64,000 bases of DNA from NCBI GenBank assembly GCA_036172245.1, contig JAYWIR010000095.1, positions 186,001 through 250,000 on the forward strand, given 5' to 3'. The notes under the pieces were generated by a model. The model was not told the DNA's origin and did no database searches. It saw nothing but the letters and a program-made list of their open reading frames with translations. This stretch comes from Raillietiella orientalis (Eukaryota). Positions 1 to 13,299 of this stretch are shown here, one piece after another; position 1 is the stretch's first letter; each line of letters starts with the position of its first letter. The position numbers and the translations under genes were made by a program.

Positions 1-699
1 GGCATGGCAAACGGTACGTGGCATGGCGTGATGTGGGAATGGGCTTTTACCCTCATTGACCACGCATGTGGGCGCAAGGGGTTTTCACTTGAAACTAAGA
101 TCGGGAGGACTTCGAAGTTCCTTGATCGGGCAGCAACTCGTCGCAAGCGGGGGTGCAGTATGCGACGGCTTTGCAGTGTGAGGCGAATGGAAATAGCGGA
201 GCCTTCCGCTCAAGGTGGTGATGGCACGCGGCTGTTCTTCGAAGTTGGCAGCTCTTCCGTCCTTCTACGCTTCACCTTCGTCATCGTGAATTTTACGAGC
301 GACGTGTTGCACGAGGCCTCCGATTGCAGACGTTTCCGGCAACCTAGATTCCATCGTAGGCCCCCTATTCGTGAATCAGTCTGAAGGAAGCACGGAAAAA
401 GAGAAAATGCAAGCTTGTCTCACTGATTGCAGACCATGGTGTGACTCCCGTCTTCTTTTGTGCCACTAACATCCAGCTTCGGACTGTCGGAAAGGTGAGC
501 GAGAACAGCGACCAGAGGAGAGAAAACAAACGAGAGCGATACCGGGAATATGGAACTCAAGGAACCACAGAACAAAGTGGATAAGAAGGGCGAACGCTTG
601 CTATTGCTTGCGATTCACTGAAGAAAGAATCCGACTCTAGGGAATGCCTGATGAAGAGAAGCCTCGCTGCGAATACTTCTTCATCGCATACCAATTGCT

Positions 700-3200
700 G
701 AAAAAGAAAATCTGCAAAGTATGAAACATCTAACCAGGAATGAAGAGCGGAAGGAGGCGGAGGATCGATGCGAGAGACGGACCCTCCATCCAGAAGCTCC
801 GCAACAGAAACAGAAGAAGAGCAGCCCGAGCCATCCTGGGCCAGCAGGACCAGGCATGTGAACTGCAACCGGAGGTACTCGAGAAGCATTCCGATACAGA
901 ATTAAAAGTGAAATGCAAGCCGGATGAAGACCTCTCAAAGGACACACTGGTGGGAAGAAACAACGAAACACTCCTCTTAGATTTATCTCCATTTACTCAG
1001 GAGGAGGCAATGGCAATACCGCCCAATGCAGAAAATTCCTTTCCTGGAGAAGCGTGGACACGCAAGCAGAGATGCTAACGGTAATATTCAACCTTCCGTG
1101 AAAGTTTCCTTGGATACCGGAAGGGTGTTGGTGCACCAGAACTGTACTTCTAGCGAGGAAACCCTGCGCAGCAAAGGAGATCTCCAGCCTCAGGCCAACA
1201 TTCATCTGAAGCAGCGTGTAGGGCTGCATACCAAATGCCTGGTCTCCAGACTCCGACTCTGAATCACGTAAAACGAAGGAATGGACGCTAAAAAAAAAGG
1301 GCTTCCTTCCCTTTCATGGGGTACTCGAGCAGAACTTTGTTTTCCAGAAGAGACTGGGCTCTGCTTGTCGCTGGTCGCGAGATTTTTGCCCTGTCTTTAT
1401 AGACTTCGCGAAAGCTTTCGAGACAGCTTCCCATGAGATGGTCCAGGGAACAATTAAGGAGTCAGCAGATTCATCAACATGATTCAAGACATCCACTCTG
1501 GAAGCCCCACTTTGATTCGACTGGAGTCAGCATCAAGAAGAACCTCTTCCTTGCGGCGAGAAGGGAAGCAGGGCTGCCCACTGAGCTCACTCCTCTTTAT
1601 CGAGCCTATCCTTTGCTCGATGAGGGGAAACTACGGGGAGGAAGCAATGCTGCCATACGCTGACCACGCCCTCATGCAGCAGTCCGGCAAGGTGCGCCTC
1701 GTTACATAACAGAGGGAAAAAGGCGAAAAGGGCGTGGGAAATAAATATAGGCATGAGAAAAGGGAGCATCTTTTGTGTTGCCTCATCAGAGACACAGGAA
1801 TACTTGGGGAAATCGTTCGGAGTCAAGGTGTTCCATTCGTGTCCGTCGAAGGAGGAAATCTGCCAAAAGACAAGTGCCATCCTAGATAGTGGACGATCGG
1901 GTCGGCGGCAAATGGACGCCTCCTACTTCAGAAAGACCTCCTTCTTTCCCAGTTTCGTTCAATACGGGAGGATGACAACCCACTTAAAGGATGAATGGCA
2001 TTGCATCGATGAAGAGGACAGACGGAGAGTAAGGAAAGCGTCGCACCTCCCGTCCTGGGCAGCCAACCCGTACGGAGAAAGAAGGAAAGTCTGTCCGGGA
2101 CCGATGAAGCTGGGCGAAGAGTCGGACGTGTTGGCCATCGATAGCTGTTTCAGATTACTCACTTCCCCAGACAATGCGGTGAGGACATTGGCACGAGATG
2201 CACTAAACGTGGTGGTCCAAACGAGACTCCTAGAAACGCCAACAGATGAGGACCTCGGAGACCTCATGAGGGGCATTTCCCCCAAGAAAATTCTCACAGC
2301 CTCCCAGGAACCTGGACAGCCTATGGATCCAAGGTAGAAAGCCCAAGAGGAAAACAAAAGCCCTGTAAAGATTTATTGATGAAGAAGCCAGCATGAAGGC
2401 ATCTTCAGCAGCAGCATGAGGAGAAAATTTACCTCCGGCGTGAGAGCACTTCAAAGAGAGCACGCGTAGCAACCCCTGATTCAGGGGTACATCAATCAAG
2501 GGAGAGCAGTGCAGCCTGTGGGCATAAGCTATGCGCACCTATGAAGAAGAGCTATGGATGGAGGACTACTGATTCATCAACGCAGCCCGGCACAAGGTTT
2601 TACCAATGAACGCCAGATTGGAGGCAGAGGAACGCACACGTCGGCTCTGCCGGACGGCAGACGAAACGTGGCTTCATATCGCAAACCGGTCCAGGAGAGG
2701 ATTTCATCTGTCCCACTGCGCGACACAGTGAGATCCAGGATTTGTTCAGGATGGCCGCGATGGATGCAGCAAAGTGAACTCTAGGGTCTACCAACCAGAG
2801 AGCTACAGGCGCGTACTCCCCCTTGCAATCGTATCCAGTTTGGAGAGAAAAAAAGTCTGACGATAATGCTGGACGTCTGCAGCACGTTCGAGGGTGGAGA
2901 AGAGTCGTTGAGCACAGCTAGGAGGAGCAAATCGGAAATGTATAAAGAAACAACTCTCCAGCTAAGCAAGGAAGGGAAGCAATGCAAGATGCATACTCTC
3001 ACTGTTGACCCACTAAGAATCTGGGACCCGGAGAACGAGGAAGTGCATGATCTTGGAATTTCCAAAGAGTACTCAGAGAAGATGTCTGAACCCGGTTGCG
3101 CAGGGACGCTCCTTTGAAACAAGAACGAAATAAACTACAAGGAGAAGGGGAGAGTGGTCCTCTCCTCCTCAGAAACACGAAACACCAAAAATAAAAGTTC
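700..3200 (+). mobile_element. Degenerate non-LTR retrotransposon with RT, CCHC remnant and restriction-like endonuclease; Utopia/NeSL-like
   Basis: Ordered, frameshifted motifs: IQKLRNRNRRRAARAIL (about 790), MLTVIFNL...RTVLL (about 1070-1155), KGFLPFHGVLEQNFVFQ (about 1300), FIDFAKAFETASH (about 1396), GKQGCPLSSLLF (about 1565), YADH (about 1657), YLG (1801), IDSCFRLLTSPD (about 2140), DETWLHIAN (about 2660), LDVCSTFEGGEESLSTARRSKSEMY...IWDPENEEV..LGISKEY (2866-3075). AATAAA at 3190. Confidence 0.85.
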
Positions 3201-3229
3201 GCCCGGGATAACCAGCGAAGCGCAAGCCG

Positions 3230-5960
3230 GCTTCCTAAAACTAACGAACGCAGGGAGAAGACAAGAAATGAACATAAAAAGACGGGAGGGCGGGAGCATC
3301 TCTTGATTCTTAGAGGCGAGTGTGGATGGTGGCGATCTCCCTGGAGAATTGTTCTGGCAGATTAGGACACCTCAGAAAAGCTGCTGCCATGCTGGTGGCC
3401 TCTCTTCGCCGCAAACTTGCTTTCAGCACATGGCGGACTGTTACCATGGCGCGGACGCAACCGATTGCTGCGACCGTGGCGTTTTTCCGAATTCCGCTTG
3501 CTGTGAGAAATCGCCGCAGCAAGTCGGTTGCGGTGTCCTGCGGTCAACGGAGTGCCGCAACGAGCCTCCTCCACAAGCCCGCGAGGGCACTGCAGTCCAA
3601 CAGCATGTGCGGCAACCATTCCATCGCCCCGCACCTTGAACAGTTGGAGGAGGCAACTCTCCCGGAAGGCAGGTGCCTTCGCTGATTGCACTGGAATCTC
3701 CAGTGCAGAAACAGCAGAGCATCCTGTTTCCAGCGTGTTCCCTCCACGCTCTGGAAACACGGAACTAATTGTCCACGCAAAGGGAAGGGACCACCAGTTA
3801 TTCAGGAGGCACACCAAGCAGGTTACTTCCCCCGAAGGAGTCCCTTCGTCCGGAAACGAGGAGTGGCAGCGTCCACTAACTCGCTCGTCTTGCAGCCGTC
3901 CTGGAGTTTTCAAACTCCCGCAGTGTTGCAGGACAACTCCCACCCCGCCCGTTGTCTGCTTACCTTGAGAGAAGACAGCGTTGCAGCAATGACAGTGATG
4001 CGGGTGTGACAGCATGCGTCCAATCCTGCAAGAGATCTGGCAGCGGTTTGCGTAGGAGATCCTGCAACAGTCGCAGTGCCTCTGGGCGAACATTCCAAGT
4101 GGCAGCCCGGGACTCCAGACCCTCCTGCCACCAAGCATTCCAGTTTCTGGGGCGGCACAAGATCCACGGACAGGAATGAGCAGAGTTACCTCAGGGGGTA
4201 GGCGAATCCAGTCTTCCGGTGTGGCATGCTCGGCGGTAGCGAAAGAAGTCCTACGCGTCGCTGGAGGATGTGTCGTGCCGGAGCACACCAGTGAGAGGAC
4301 CGCAGTTTCCCACACAAGGAGAGAATTCCGAAGGGCACTTGCGGTCCGATCTTGAGGATGGTCAGGATGCCAAAGCCGGCGTCCTGGCGCGGCTCCGCCA
4401 AGTCTTTCGATCGGATCCGGGACCTTGCAGCGTGCCACAAGGCTTTGCGTAGGAGACGATAGTATGGTTTTACCGAATGAAGGAGCAGGGAAACAAAAAA
4501 TAAGGAGCGGCGGACGATAGGGGGACAACAAAGGACATGCGCAGGATGTCCGTTCTGGACGGAGGCACTCTCCAACAAGATGGACTTGCCATCGAGGAAC
4601 GGGCCGAGGGCCATCTGAAGGCAGGCTGACCACGATTCTGACGAGCCGAAGCCGGCCAACGGAACGCCAAGGAACTTGAAGTATCGGCACGTGGGGATCC
4701 CCAGGCCAATCCACAAGAACGATCACCCGCCCCTCCCACGACGCACCCAAGAGTACGAGCGTGCACTTGGTTCTGTTCACGCTCATGCCCGCATCCCGTG
4801 GGATGAGCTTGAAGAAGTCCTCGAGCGTCGCTGCCGGAGTGGACATGGGCCGCAGAAGAAGCAGGTCGTAGGCGCGGGCTGCCACGGCAGGCGTGCACGG
4901 AGAGAGAGACTGGGCAGGACGTCAGCTTGTGCGCTCTCAGCACCAACTCCAAGTAGATGCTGAAGAGCCGAGGGCTTAAGCTGTCGCCCCGCCTGCTGCC
5001 TCTGCTACGGCGACGGCGTACACGTGACAGCCGTTGAAATAGAAATGGAGAAACGCATTGAGCCCGCAGGAGCGCAAGTAGACGAGGAGGTGCGTCGGGA
5101 GTTCGAGGCGCTCCACGATCTCCCAAAGAAGTTTCCAGTTGACGCAGTGGAACGCTTTGAGCGGATCAACCGCGTCCGCCAAGGCTCTTGGCTTTTCCTC
5201 CGTCGGTCGGCTCTCGCGCTTGCAGTCGGCAGGAGTGCTCGCTGCTGCGCGGCTGTGCAAAGCAACGCGTTCCTGTAGCTGCTATCGTTCGCGCCCATGG
5301 ACCGTTCAGGAGCAACGTAAGTGTGCTCCGAACTCACCACGGCCTCCGCGATCCGTCCTAGTCTCGTGAACGACAGCTTCCAGAACAAGTTGACGTCCGT
5401 GTTCACCAAGGTGATCGGACGCGAGTTCTTGAGGCGGCGCAAACCTCCACCTTTCGGCAGGAGGATCTGAGGAGATGAGGCAGCGGGTGGTGGCTTCGTG
5501 CGTCCGGTGCTCCAGAGACATCTATGCAGCCCACGGGACAGGAGGGACCGACGGTCAGATGCAGCCAGAGAACCCCAACGGTCAGCTTTCTCGAAACGGA
5601 GGACAGAAAGCTGAGGAAGCAACAGGCTGAAGGGACACGAGCGCCCGAGATGGACAGATGAGGAATCCCGGAAGAACAGCCCCCCTGTAGCGCGACGTAA
5701 ACATGTAAATTTTAAGCCATTTTAAGCAATTAGCCTTGAAAGTCTGCAACTTTATTTGCAACTCCTGCGTCTCTTTCGAGTTTACGTTTCTCGTGGTGGC
5801 TTTTGCAAGCAACGTGTTCCACGAAGCTTCCGATGTCAGACTTTGTTCCTCCATCAGCGTGAGCTGAAAGTGGCTGAGACACGCGAAGAATGAATTCGGA
5901 CCAAAGGCAGACGGTTTGCTGGAGTTTCGCTGCGTTCGGATGCATGGATATTCCTGCAAC
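3230..5960 (-). mobile_element. Degenerate Tx1/L1-like LINE ORF2 (RT and C-terminal zinc knuckle), copy A; may extend to about 7200 with ORF1-like remains
   Basis: Minus-strand motifs in order: LLPKGGGLRRLKNSRPITLVNTD, EHTYVAPERSMGAN, VDPLKAFHCVNWKLLW, RGSRRGDSLSPRLFSIYLE, ARAYD...AGMSVNRTK, FKFLGVPL, AGFGIL, CSRCGAMEWLPHMLLDC. The last frame stops at 3310. Confidence 0.85.
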
Positions 5961-8900
5961 GATGACCGCTTCTAGCCAGCGGAAGAAAAAACCCTCGAGA
6001 GGTAGGGGAGAGGAGCAAAGAACACTTTAGAAATGTTGAAGAGCACGTTCCTCTTGAGCAAGCTGGAAAGCGTTATTAGCAAACGAGGAAGCAACCCTGC
6101 TCCGTTGGGAGGAGACTTTGGTCGGTTTCCATTGATGGTTCGGGTCGGACCCACTTTATGTGGCTGACACGCGCACTTGAAAAGCTCGAACGTGTTCTCT
6201 CACAGAATTTGGTTCCTCACCATTCTCACTCGTTTCAAGACATAAGGATTGCTTACTGCAGAACATCTTGTGCATCTTCCAGAGGAGGGTACTGAGGAAG
6301 AGAATGTGCGATTCCGTTTCCTCAGAAGAAAAGCTCTTTTTGCAAGCGCGTAGAGGAGAAGGAGATTCGGACGTGTAGACCTACGTCAGCGCGTGGAGAC
6401 GGCCGTTTCCATTTGGCATCCGTTTTTCGTGCAAAGTTGGCAAAAGGAGCGAACGAAGGGGAAATCTTGGTGAGTGCTTAAAATGATTGCCAGCCGAGTG
6501 CCGCGAGGGTCGTCCTTTCGGTGAAAATAATGGCCATCGAATGATCGCTAGCAAGTCCATATTTCCCATCCGCGAGGAAGATTAAGCGAGGACTTTACTC
6601 GATCGGAGCTGATTTGCAGCAGGAGGACCTGAAGAGAAACTCTTTTATTGCATCCGTGGTACGGAAGGAGGGAGTTTAGCAAGAAAGAGAAATCGAAGGG
6701 TTTCGGGAGAGAAGAAGGCTGCATCGGGAACTCGAGGTCCGAAAGGAAAGGACGGAACGAAACGAAATCCAGAGTGAGACAACGAGAAAGCGTTACCGGT
6801 TTTGGAAAGATTTTTCTCACGTGCCGAACAGACCTTGAACGGGAGGTGGTCAGCTGAGGAAGCCTGAGGCAAAGACAAAGCGTGAGTCTCGAAGAAAGGC
6901 GGAATTCAGCACTGTGAGCCACCGATGAGAGCTCAAGAGCAGCTCTCCTGTTTGCCTTTTCGCGTTTTCCCATCTGTCGTGTCGCCCGGGAAACGGAATG
7001 CATCACGCTGCTGAAACTGCGTAGCCGCTTTCCACGAGTCGGAAGGTGTTTGCTGAACGTGTTCCCGTGAGGTGAGGTGTTCACTTTCGATTCGACGCAG
7101 CCTCTCCTCGATTTCCAACTTCGCAAGAGTTTCGCGCCAACGACGCCGAACACGAAAAAGTGCACGGCGTGGCTCATTTTACGACGGCTTGAGCGGATTC
7201 CCTTCCTCCTTATGTCCACAAACAAAATGAGTTGCTCGCAAACGAGAAGAACGGCGTCTCAGTTCAGAGACGGAGAAAAAACTTTTACCGGATAACAAAG
7301 AGGCTAAGAAAGTCAACATCCGATGCGACAGAAATGAGAAAATCCGTTAAAATGGATGACGAAGCGAGGAATCGGGCTGCAACGAACAGCACGTCCGCAG
7401 GAGGATGCCGGTTCGGATGTGCAGAAGCTGGAGGAGTCCTCTCCGTGTTGGAACGCTGCATCACTTGGGTGTTCTTGCGTGTCGACCGACAAACCGGAGG
7501 CAGCGGAAGCAAGGCGAGATCCGTAGCAAAACACTTGCATCATCTCACGATGGATAGGCACTCCTGCACGCAGGCTTCGAGGGAGATGCGAGGACGCGAC
7601 ATCCAGAATCCGATGATCCTGCAGCGTGCTGCTGATGAGCGATGAAATTTCCGTGCTGGAATTCGAGACAGCGTGTAGGTACGCAGAGGACTGATGGGTC
7701 TTTGCAACAACAAGCAAATCGTGGATGCACGTGTTCCCAGGACACGTCCGGGATCCAGTTTCGTTCGCGTTCCAACTTCGTAAAGTGCACTCCGGCTGCA
7801 GGGTTTTTGTTGAGGACGTGCAAGAAGGGAGCACTGAGAGACTGTTGCCTTTGCGGGTGCGAGACGGCTGCAGAAAATGAGAGTTCCGACAGCGTGGAAA
7901 AGAATCTTCAGCAAAACCGCAGCGCCGCTCGGAAACCTGGCTGATAGCCGGCTCCATTCTGCCATGTCCATTTGCTCAGGCTGCAGGAATGTTTCGCGCG
8001 CAGCACCCGGAACCCGAGCGAACTCTTGCGGTGAAAGAAGGCATGGATCCATCCGTGGATGCTAGAGTGCGGGAAAGCTCGCCTCCCGGATGCTTGTTGA
8101 CGTTTTGAGGGTGTCAGCTTTCCAGAGAGCTTACCGGAACTTACGGTGCGTGTCCTCCCGGAGGAGGAGAAGATGGGATCCAGGAAAAGCACAAAGCCAG
8201 GGTCGTAATGAACGCGGAGTGGTGTTCATCTCCACCATCCTCGCCAAAATGTAGGACTTGGGAGAAAACACGAGAGAGGTTTGGAAGGGAAAAGAGCGAT
8301 GTTTCCCATTCCTCGAATCCTGTTTCCCCGAGTTCCAGTTCAGCGTCGTCGACGTTCCTCTTCCAATCAGGGAAGTAGCGTCACGAGACAAGGGATGCTC
8401 GTAGGCTGCGCTTCGGCGCAAGAAGGAAAGAAAAGAAAGAAAAAACAGAAAACTGGATGATGCACATGCTTACCTCGTTGCGCTGCCTTTCGGCTGCTGT
8501 TGGCATTCCTCTTTCTTGCGAGGTGCTCGGGCGTGACGCAGACAAGCTTTCAAAGCACTGCTGTGCCTTGCCTTCCTCTGCAAGAAAGTGAATCCCCATG
8601 AGGTGGTTTTCTGCTTCCTGCGCAGCAGCTGCAGTCGGTGCTCGCGCGTTGGTTGAGGGGAGCATCCCTGCATGTGGGTGATCATTTCGAGGATGCCGAT
8701 GCAGCTCACGGACGAGGAAAAGCCCGAAACGGAAAACGGGAGCTCGAATGGGGTGAAATGGCGGATCATCCCGACTGAAGGAAAAGGTCCTTCGTATGCA
8801 GCGCGGTTGGAAATTTCAGATGCCTTCCTTATTTACAGCCTCCGTCTCTAAGCGTGGCACTTGAGCAACGGACTGTTTGGCCTCCGAAGGAAGAAAAATT

Positions 8901-11900
8901 TCTTGCTCCTCGATTGCGTCAGATGCGTTCTTGTATCAGTCGGAGAGAAACATCCGCAATTGCTTTCCCGTTCGGGACTCTTCTAATAGATATCGAAAAT
9001 TAATGATCCAAGTTATGCGACGGGAACCCTGCGTTTCTTGATAGCAATTTCTCCGAAGCACGCGGAATTCGAATCCACGCAAACCGTCCGAAGAAACAGC
9101 TCGGTGGATTTGAAAATTTCGCGGTCGCTCTCCTGGTGTTCGCAATCGTGCAGCGGAGCGCCGGCCACTCGCTCCAGGAAGGCGATCCCAAGAAGTCTCA
9201 AGTGGACCACAGATGCTGGACTCTTTCGGACGCGCCTTTTTTTGTCGAAGGTGTTCTCTGTTGCGTTCCCTACCGTACCATTCCAGAAGAAATCTTCCCG
9301 TTCTCGTGCGTATTTCCCTGAGAGCTGTTTTCACGGATGCCGCAGTCGGAGATGCTGCAGTCGCTCGTGACACGACCACGTCGCAAAGCGAATGACCAGA
9401 TCGAGGCGTTCTCGCATCCGTCCTCGGAGCAACGAGCAAATTCAGGGACGAAAATTGCAAACTGCCGCAGAATTTTCTGGCCCTCAGGGGCGTGCTTGCA
9501 AGTCACTGGCATTCAATTTATTGGGATTGAGTTTCCGGTCTTCGACATTCCTCGGATCGGAAGGAGAAGCGAGGTTTCAATTGCTGAACGAAAAGCTTTC
9601 TGCTGTGCGTTTCCCTCGATGTGTTTTCCCGTTACCGAGGACGAACTTTGCACTCAAGGTGGGTGCATCATCTTCAGATAAATAAATCGCATTTCTTCCC
9701 GTCGTTTCACCCGTATGCTGCAGATGAAGGGAAAAAAAAGACGTGTGCGCCATCGCGGAGACGGAATCTTTGAGTTTGGATCCCGACTGAGGCTTGCTCG
9801 AAGAAGATGAGCATTTAGGGATCATGTCATCGGATTTCTCACGAAAGTCAAGCTTTCACGCTAGGCTGACTCGACTCTGCACCCTGAGCGTGTTATGCGC
9901 AGCTCGATGCTCGATGGTCTCATTGCCTGATGAGTGCGTTTCGTGGCAAACACCGAACATCATCTAACCGTGACGAAGTCTGTTGCTGTGGAAACCCGCT
10001 CCGAAAGCGAGCACGTGGGGCACATCACGCGTCCCATCCGCTAAAGTCTGCTGCTGGCAATGATCACGTCTCCGCAAAGGCCCTCGACTGTGTTACTGCC
10101 CGTGAGCAGAGCGTCGGGTGTGGCAAAGATGCAAAAAAGGAGAGCGCAAACAAGGTGCAAGTTGCAGACTTTGTAGGATGGCGACGACGATCAGCACGAG
10201 TTCTTTCATTTCAAGACAGGACGAAATAAGGAACGGGGAGGAAGTTGTAAAGTCGCTTGAAGAGCAGCGATGCAGATGAGATTTCAGTTACGGATGGATG
10301 GAACCGTAGAAGAAGTGCACAGGCTCCGTTTGCATCCACGAAGAGGGAGAGGCAGTAAGACGAAAGAAGTCATGGACAAGATTTGTCCCCCACTGAATCA
10401 GAGGAATACGCCCGTGCAAGAGGGATTTCTTGGAAGCGATTGCACCCTTGCGGACGGCTTCATTCGTGACTCCGATACCAGGGCTGCAGGCTGCTGAGCA
10501 TCTGGAGGTCCAGTGTTCAAAGGCTTCGCTGGGCGCAATTGCAAGTTCAGACTTCTCCCGGTTCTCAATCACAGGGATCGCGTAACCCAACCGTCATATG
10601 GGAGCCCCACTTCCTCGTTTACAGTGGCCGACTCGAAATGCTCTCCGAAGACTTGGTGCCATGTTGTCCTGAAACGCAGCACGTGACCCCGAGACACTGG
10701 CAAAACGTGTACGACTCGGCAAGCAGCCTGGAGATGGTTCGCTCGCTGCGAACAGCACCGCGGGCGTTGCGGGAAACGACGGCGTTGAGCGCGGCCCGCG
10801 ACGAGGTCTGCTTGTTGACACGGAAGGAAAGAACAACTCTACCACTTGTGATTCCGTCTATCAGCTGCATCATTCCGAGTCTATTCGATTGACTACTGGT
10901 CGCAATGCATACAGGACATTTCCTACGGTCCCAATCTCATCGGGATCTACGGGAGATGGTTTCCGGGTTCTGAAGGCGGGCTCGGTTGAACGAGGACAAC
11001 GATGCACGCGATGGCTGTGCGCGAAACGTTGTGGGTGTGGGGTGGAGAAAGGCAGCGCTCCGAAAGAAGCGGAGAAGACGTGGACAAAGACCAAGAGTAA
11101 GGCTTACAGATCCATGCAGCTCTCCTCGTTCAAGGATGGCAGCTTTGGCAGATGGTCCGATTGCAGTCGCACAGACCAAGGCGTCGGAGAGAGGTGGCTG
11201 CAGATCGTCACCAGAGTTCTCAGGTGGCAGGCTGCTGCATGGAGGAAAGAGAATCCGGACTTTGCGCCGCCTTCCCGAAAATTCTGGAAAGATCATTCCA
11301 ATCCGGCGAACGCTTCGCCTGGAAGGTGTTCTCCGGAAAGGCATCCTTTCCTGGGAACGCTGTGCGAGTGCAACTTGCAACGGGGTCTTGGCAGGAAGGA
11401 AGGCGGAAACTCAGAAGAACGAAACTGGTTCGTAGGGGAGAAGAAGAGTGCAGCCAGCAGACGCGTTCCTTGCATTCGCTTGATGCCCTAGATTTGTCCC
11501 TGAAGTCACGGAAGCGACGAAATTCTCTGCGGAATTCATTGCTTTCCGCCGAATACCCTCTCTCCTTCTCTTGCTCTTCCTGCTTTTTGTCAAGGAGGAA
11601 GCAGGGCAGAGCGTCTCGTAAGGAGAGGTCCGGAGCCTCAGAATTCCGGCAGTTCACTTCAGATCTGACCCCCAGCGTTCGCCTACGTCTTCCTTCCTCA
11701 CTTTTCGAGAGACGTCCATCCAGCGTTTCTTACTGAGCGCTGCGCCTCTGACAAGCGCGTGCAGGTCGCGGAAGTCATGTGAAGATGCTGACGTGAACTC
11801 TTGCGAGCTCTGGATACTTGCATGGAATTGACGAGAGGACTCCGATGGTGTGGCAGGCTGCTACGAGCATGAAATTTGCATGCTCGGGAGACGTCGAATC

Positions 11901-13299
11901 CAACGCCGAGCTTGCCAAATTTTGTATCAATCTGGGTGTCCCCGAAGATTGTCATCCAAGGCTAGAGTGCTTTTCCGGATCGCATGCGTGCTGTGCCTGG
12001 AGCTGCACGTGCGAAATGCAAGGTGTCCCCCTCTGCACCCCGGGAACACTACCCGCCAATTTCACTGTGATCCCCCAGCTTGAAACACGCGAGGCGATGC
12101 CTCCGAGCGGTTATCTTGTCCTCCGCAGAGGTCCGAAACGGTTCCATTTTCCAGAGACCTACGACGAAGGAGTCCATTTTTTATCCACGAGAAACTTGTC
12201 GCTCTTCCCCGCAGCTGTCAAAGTACCACAAGCGCTTATCGTTCACTGGGCAGAGACTTCTCGTTCATCTTTAATTCATGATTGCATTACGTTCGGAAAC
12301 AGCCGCTCCTCGGCAGATAAAGACGGATTCTCCGAAATTCGGTGACCGATCTGGATGACGCAGGGGAGGACGAAAGTATCGAAAAGAGATCAGAGATCAG
12401 GGGAGCCGGATGCAATGCGATACATGTTTGCAGGGATGCAGGGGGAGAAGGGAGAACTGAATTGTGCTAGGATCATCTCAAGATTTGCAGCTTAAAAGCG
12501 AGCAAGGACCAGTTTCTTTTCTGGATGGAATGCCACTGGGAAAGTGTGACTGTCTCTCGCTCCAGGAGAAGAGCAGGGCGAAACGGACGCGTCTTGCCGT
12601 TCAGGTAAAGGAGGAGCGCAAGAGACATGGGACCTCTCTCGAAGTGGAGTCGGCGCGCTTTCGCCGTTCGACTTGCATCCCCCACCACTCAACAAAACGT
12701 CCACCGCTGGCGTCTCTGCGTATTTGATGGCGGGACTTTAGAGGAAGTGTTGCTGCCAGGCCGACGAGGGAACAAGAATCGGCATCCACGACCATAAGAT
12801 CGAGGGTTTGGGCTCCGGAGGAGTTGGCGCCGCTATGGCGTTCCTGTAGGCGGAAAAGGAAGCCCATCGTGGGTTGCGCAACTTTTGAAAGAGCAGCGGA
12901 TGATGGAAGCACCAGCCGCCTGAAGATCCTCGTGGAGACACTTCTCTGGAGAGTGACTCGATCGACACGCAGATGAAGAAGGAAGGATACAGGAATGCAC
13001 GAACCATTGGTATCACATGATGCGCCAACCTTGTTTCTCATTATCGGTCCTTGAGCTACGTGCATCGGGTTTGAACCGGAGCTTTGGATTCTTCATCTGC
13101 CGCTGAGCTGCTTGCGGGATGCCTTCTCGGAGTTTATCGAAAGGGCAACCGCTCTTCGCGATGAACGACGATGCAATCCAAGACCAGTGCGGTATGGCAA
13201 CGAGGACACTTAGAAGAGCAGGGCGAAGTGTGACGGGGCAACCAGAAGTGTCGGACTCGAGGCAGCCGACGAAGGAAGTGCGGCCAACGAACACCAGTC

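Noticed and set aside
7570..8400. Possible AP-endonuclease relic on the minus strand (TLNWNSG..., HDLLVV...QDHRIL)
   Set aside because: Motifs too faint, and the position upstream of the ORF1-like region does not fit copy A. Needs a profile search.
8925..8941. GTTCTTGTATCAGT resembling part of U2 snRNA
   Set aside because: Short imperfect match, flanks do not continue U2, and it is 5.7 kb from the Utopia-like element.
10250..12350. Possible further LINE fragments on the + strand (QEGFLG, AYRSM...YG-like, PQLETR...GYLVLRRG)
   Set aside because: Resemblance is too weak to support a call by eye.
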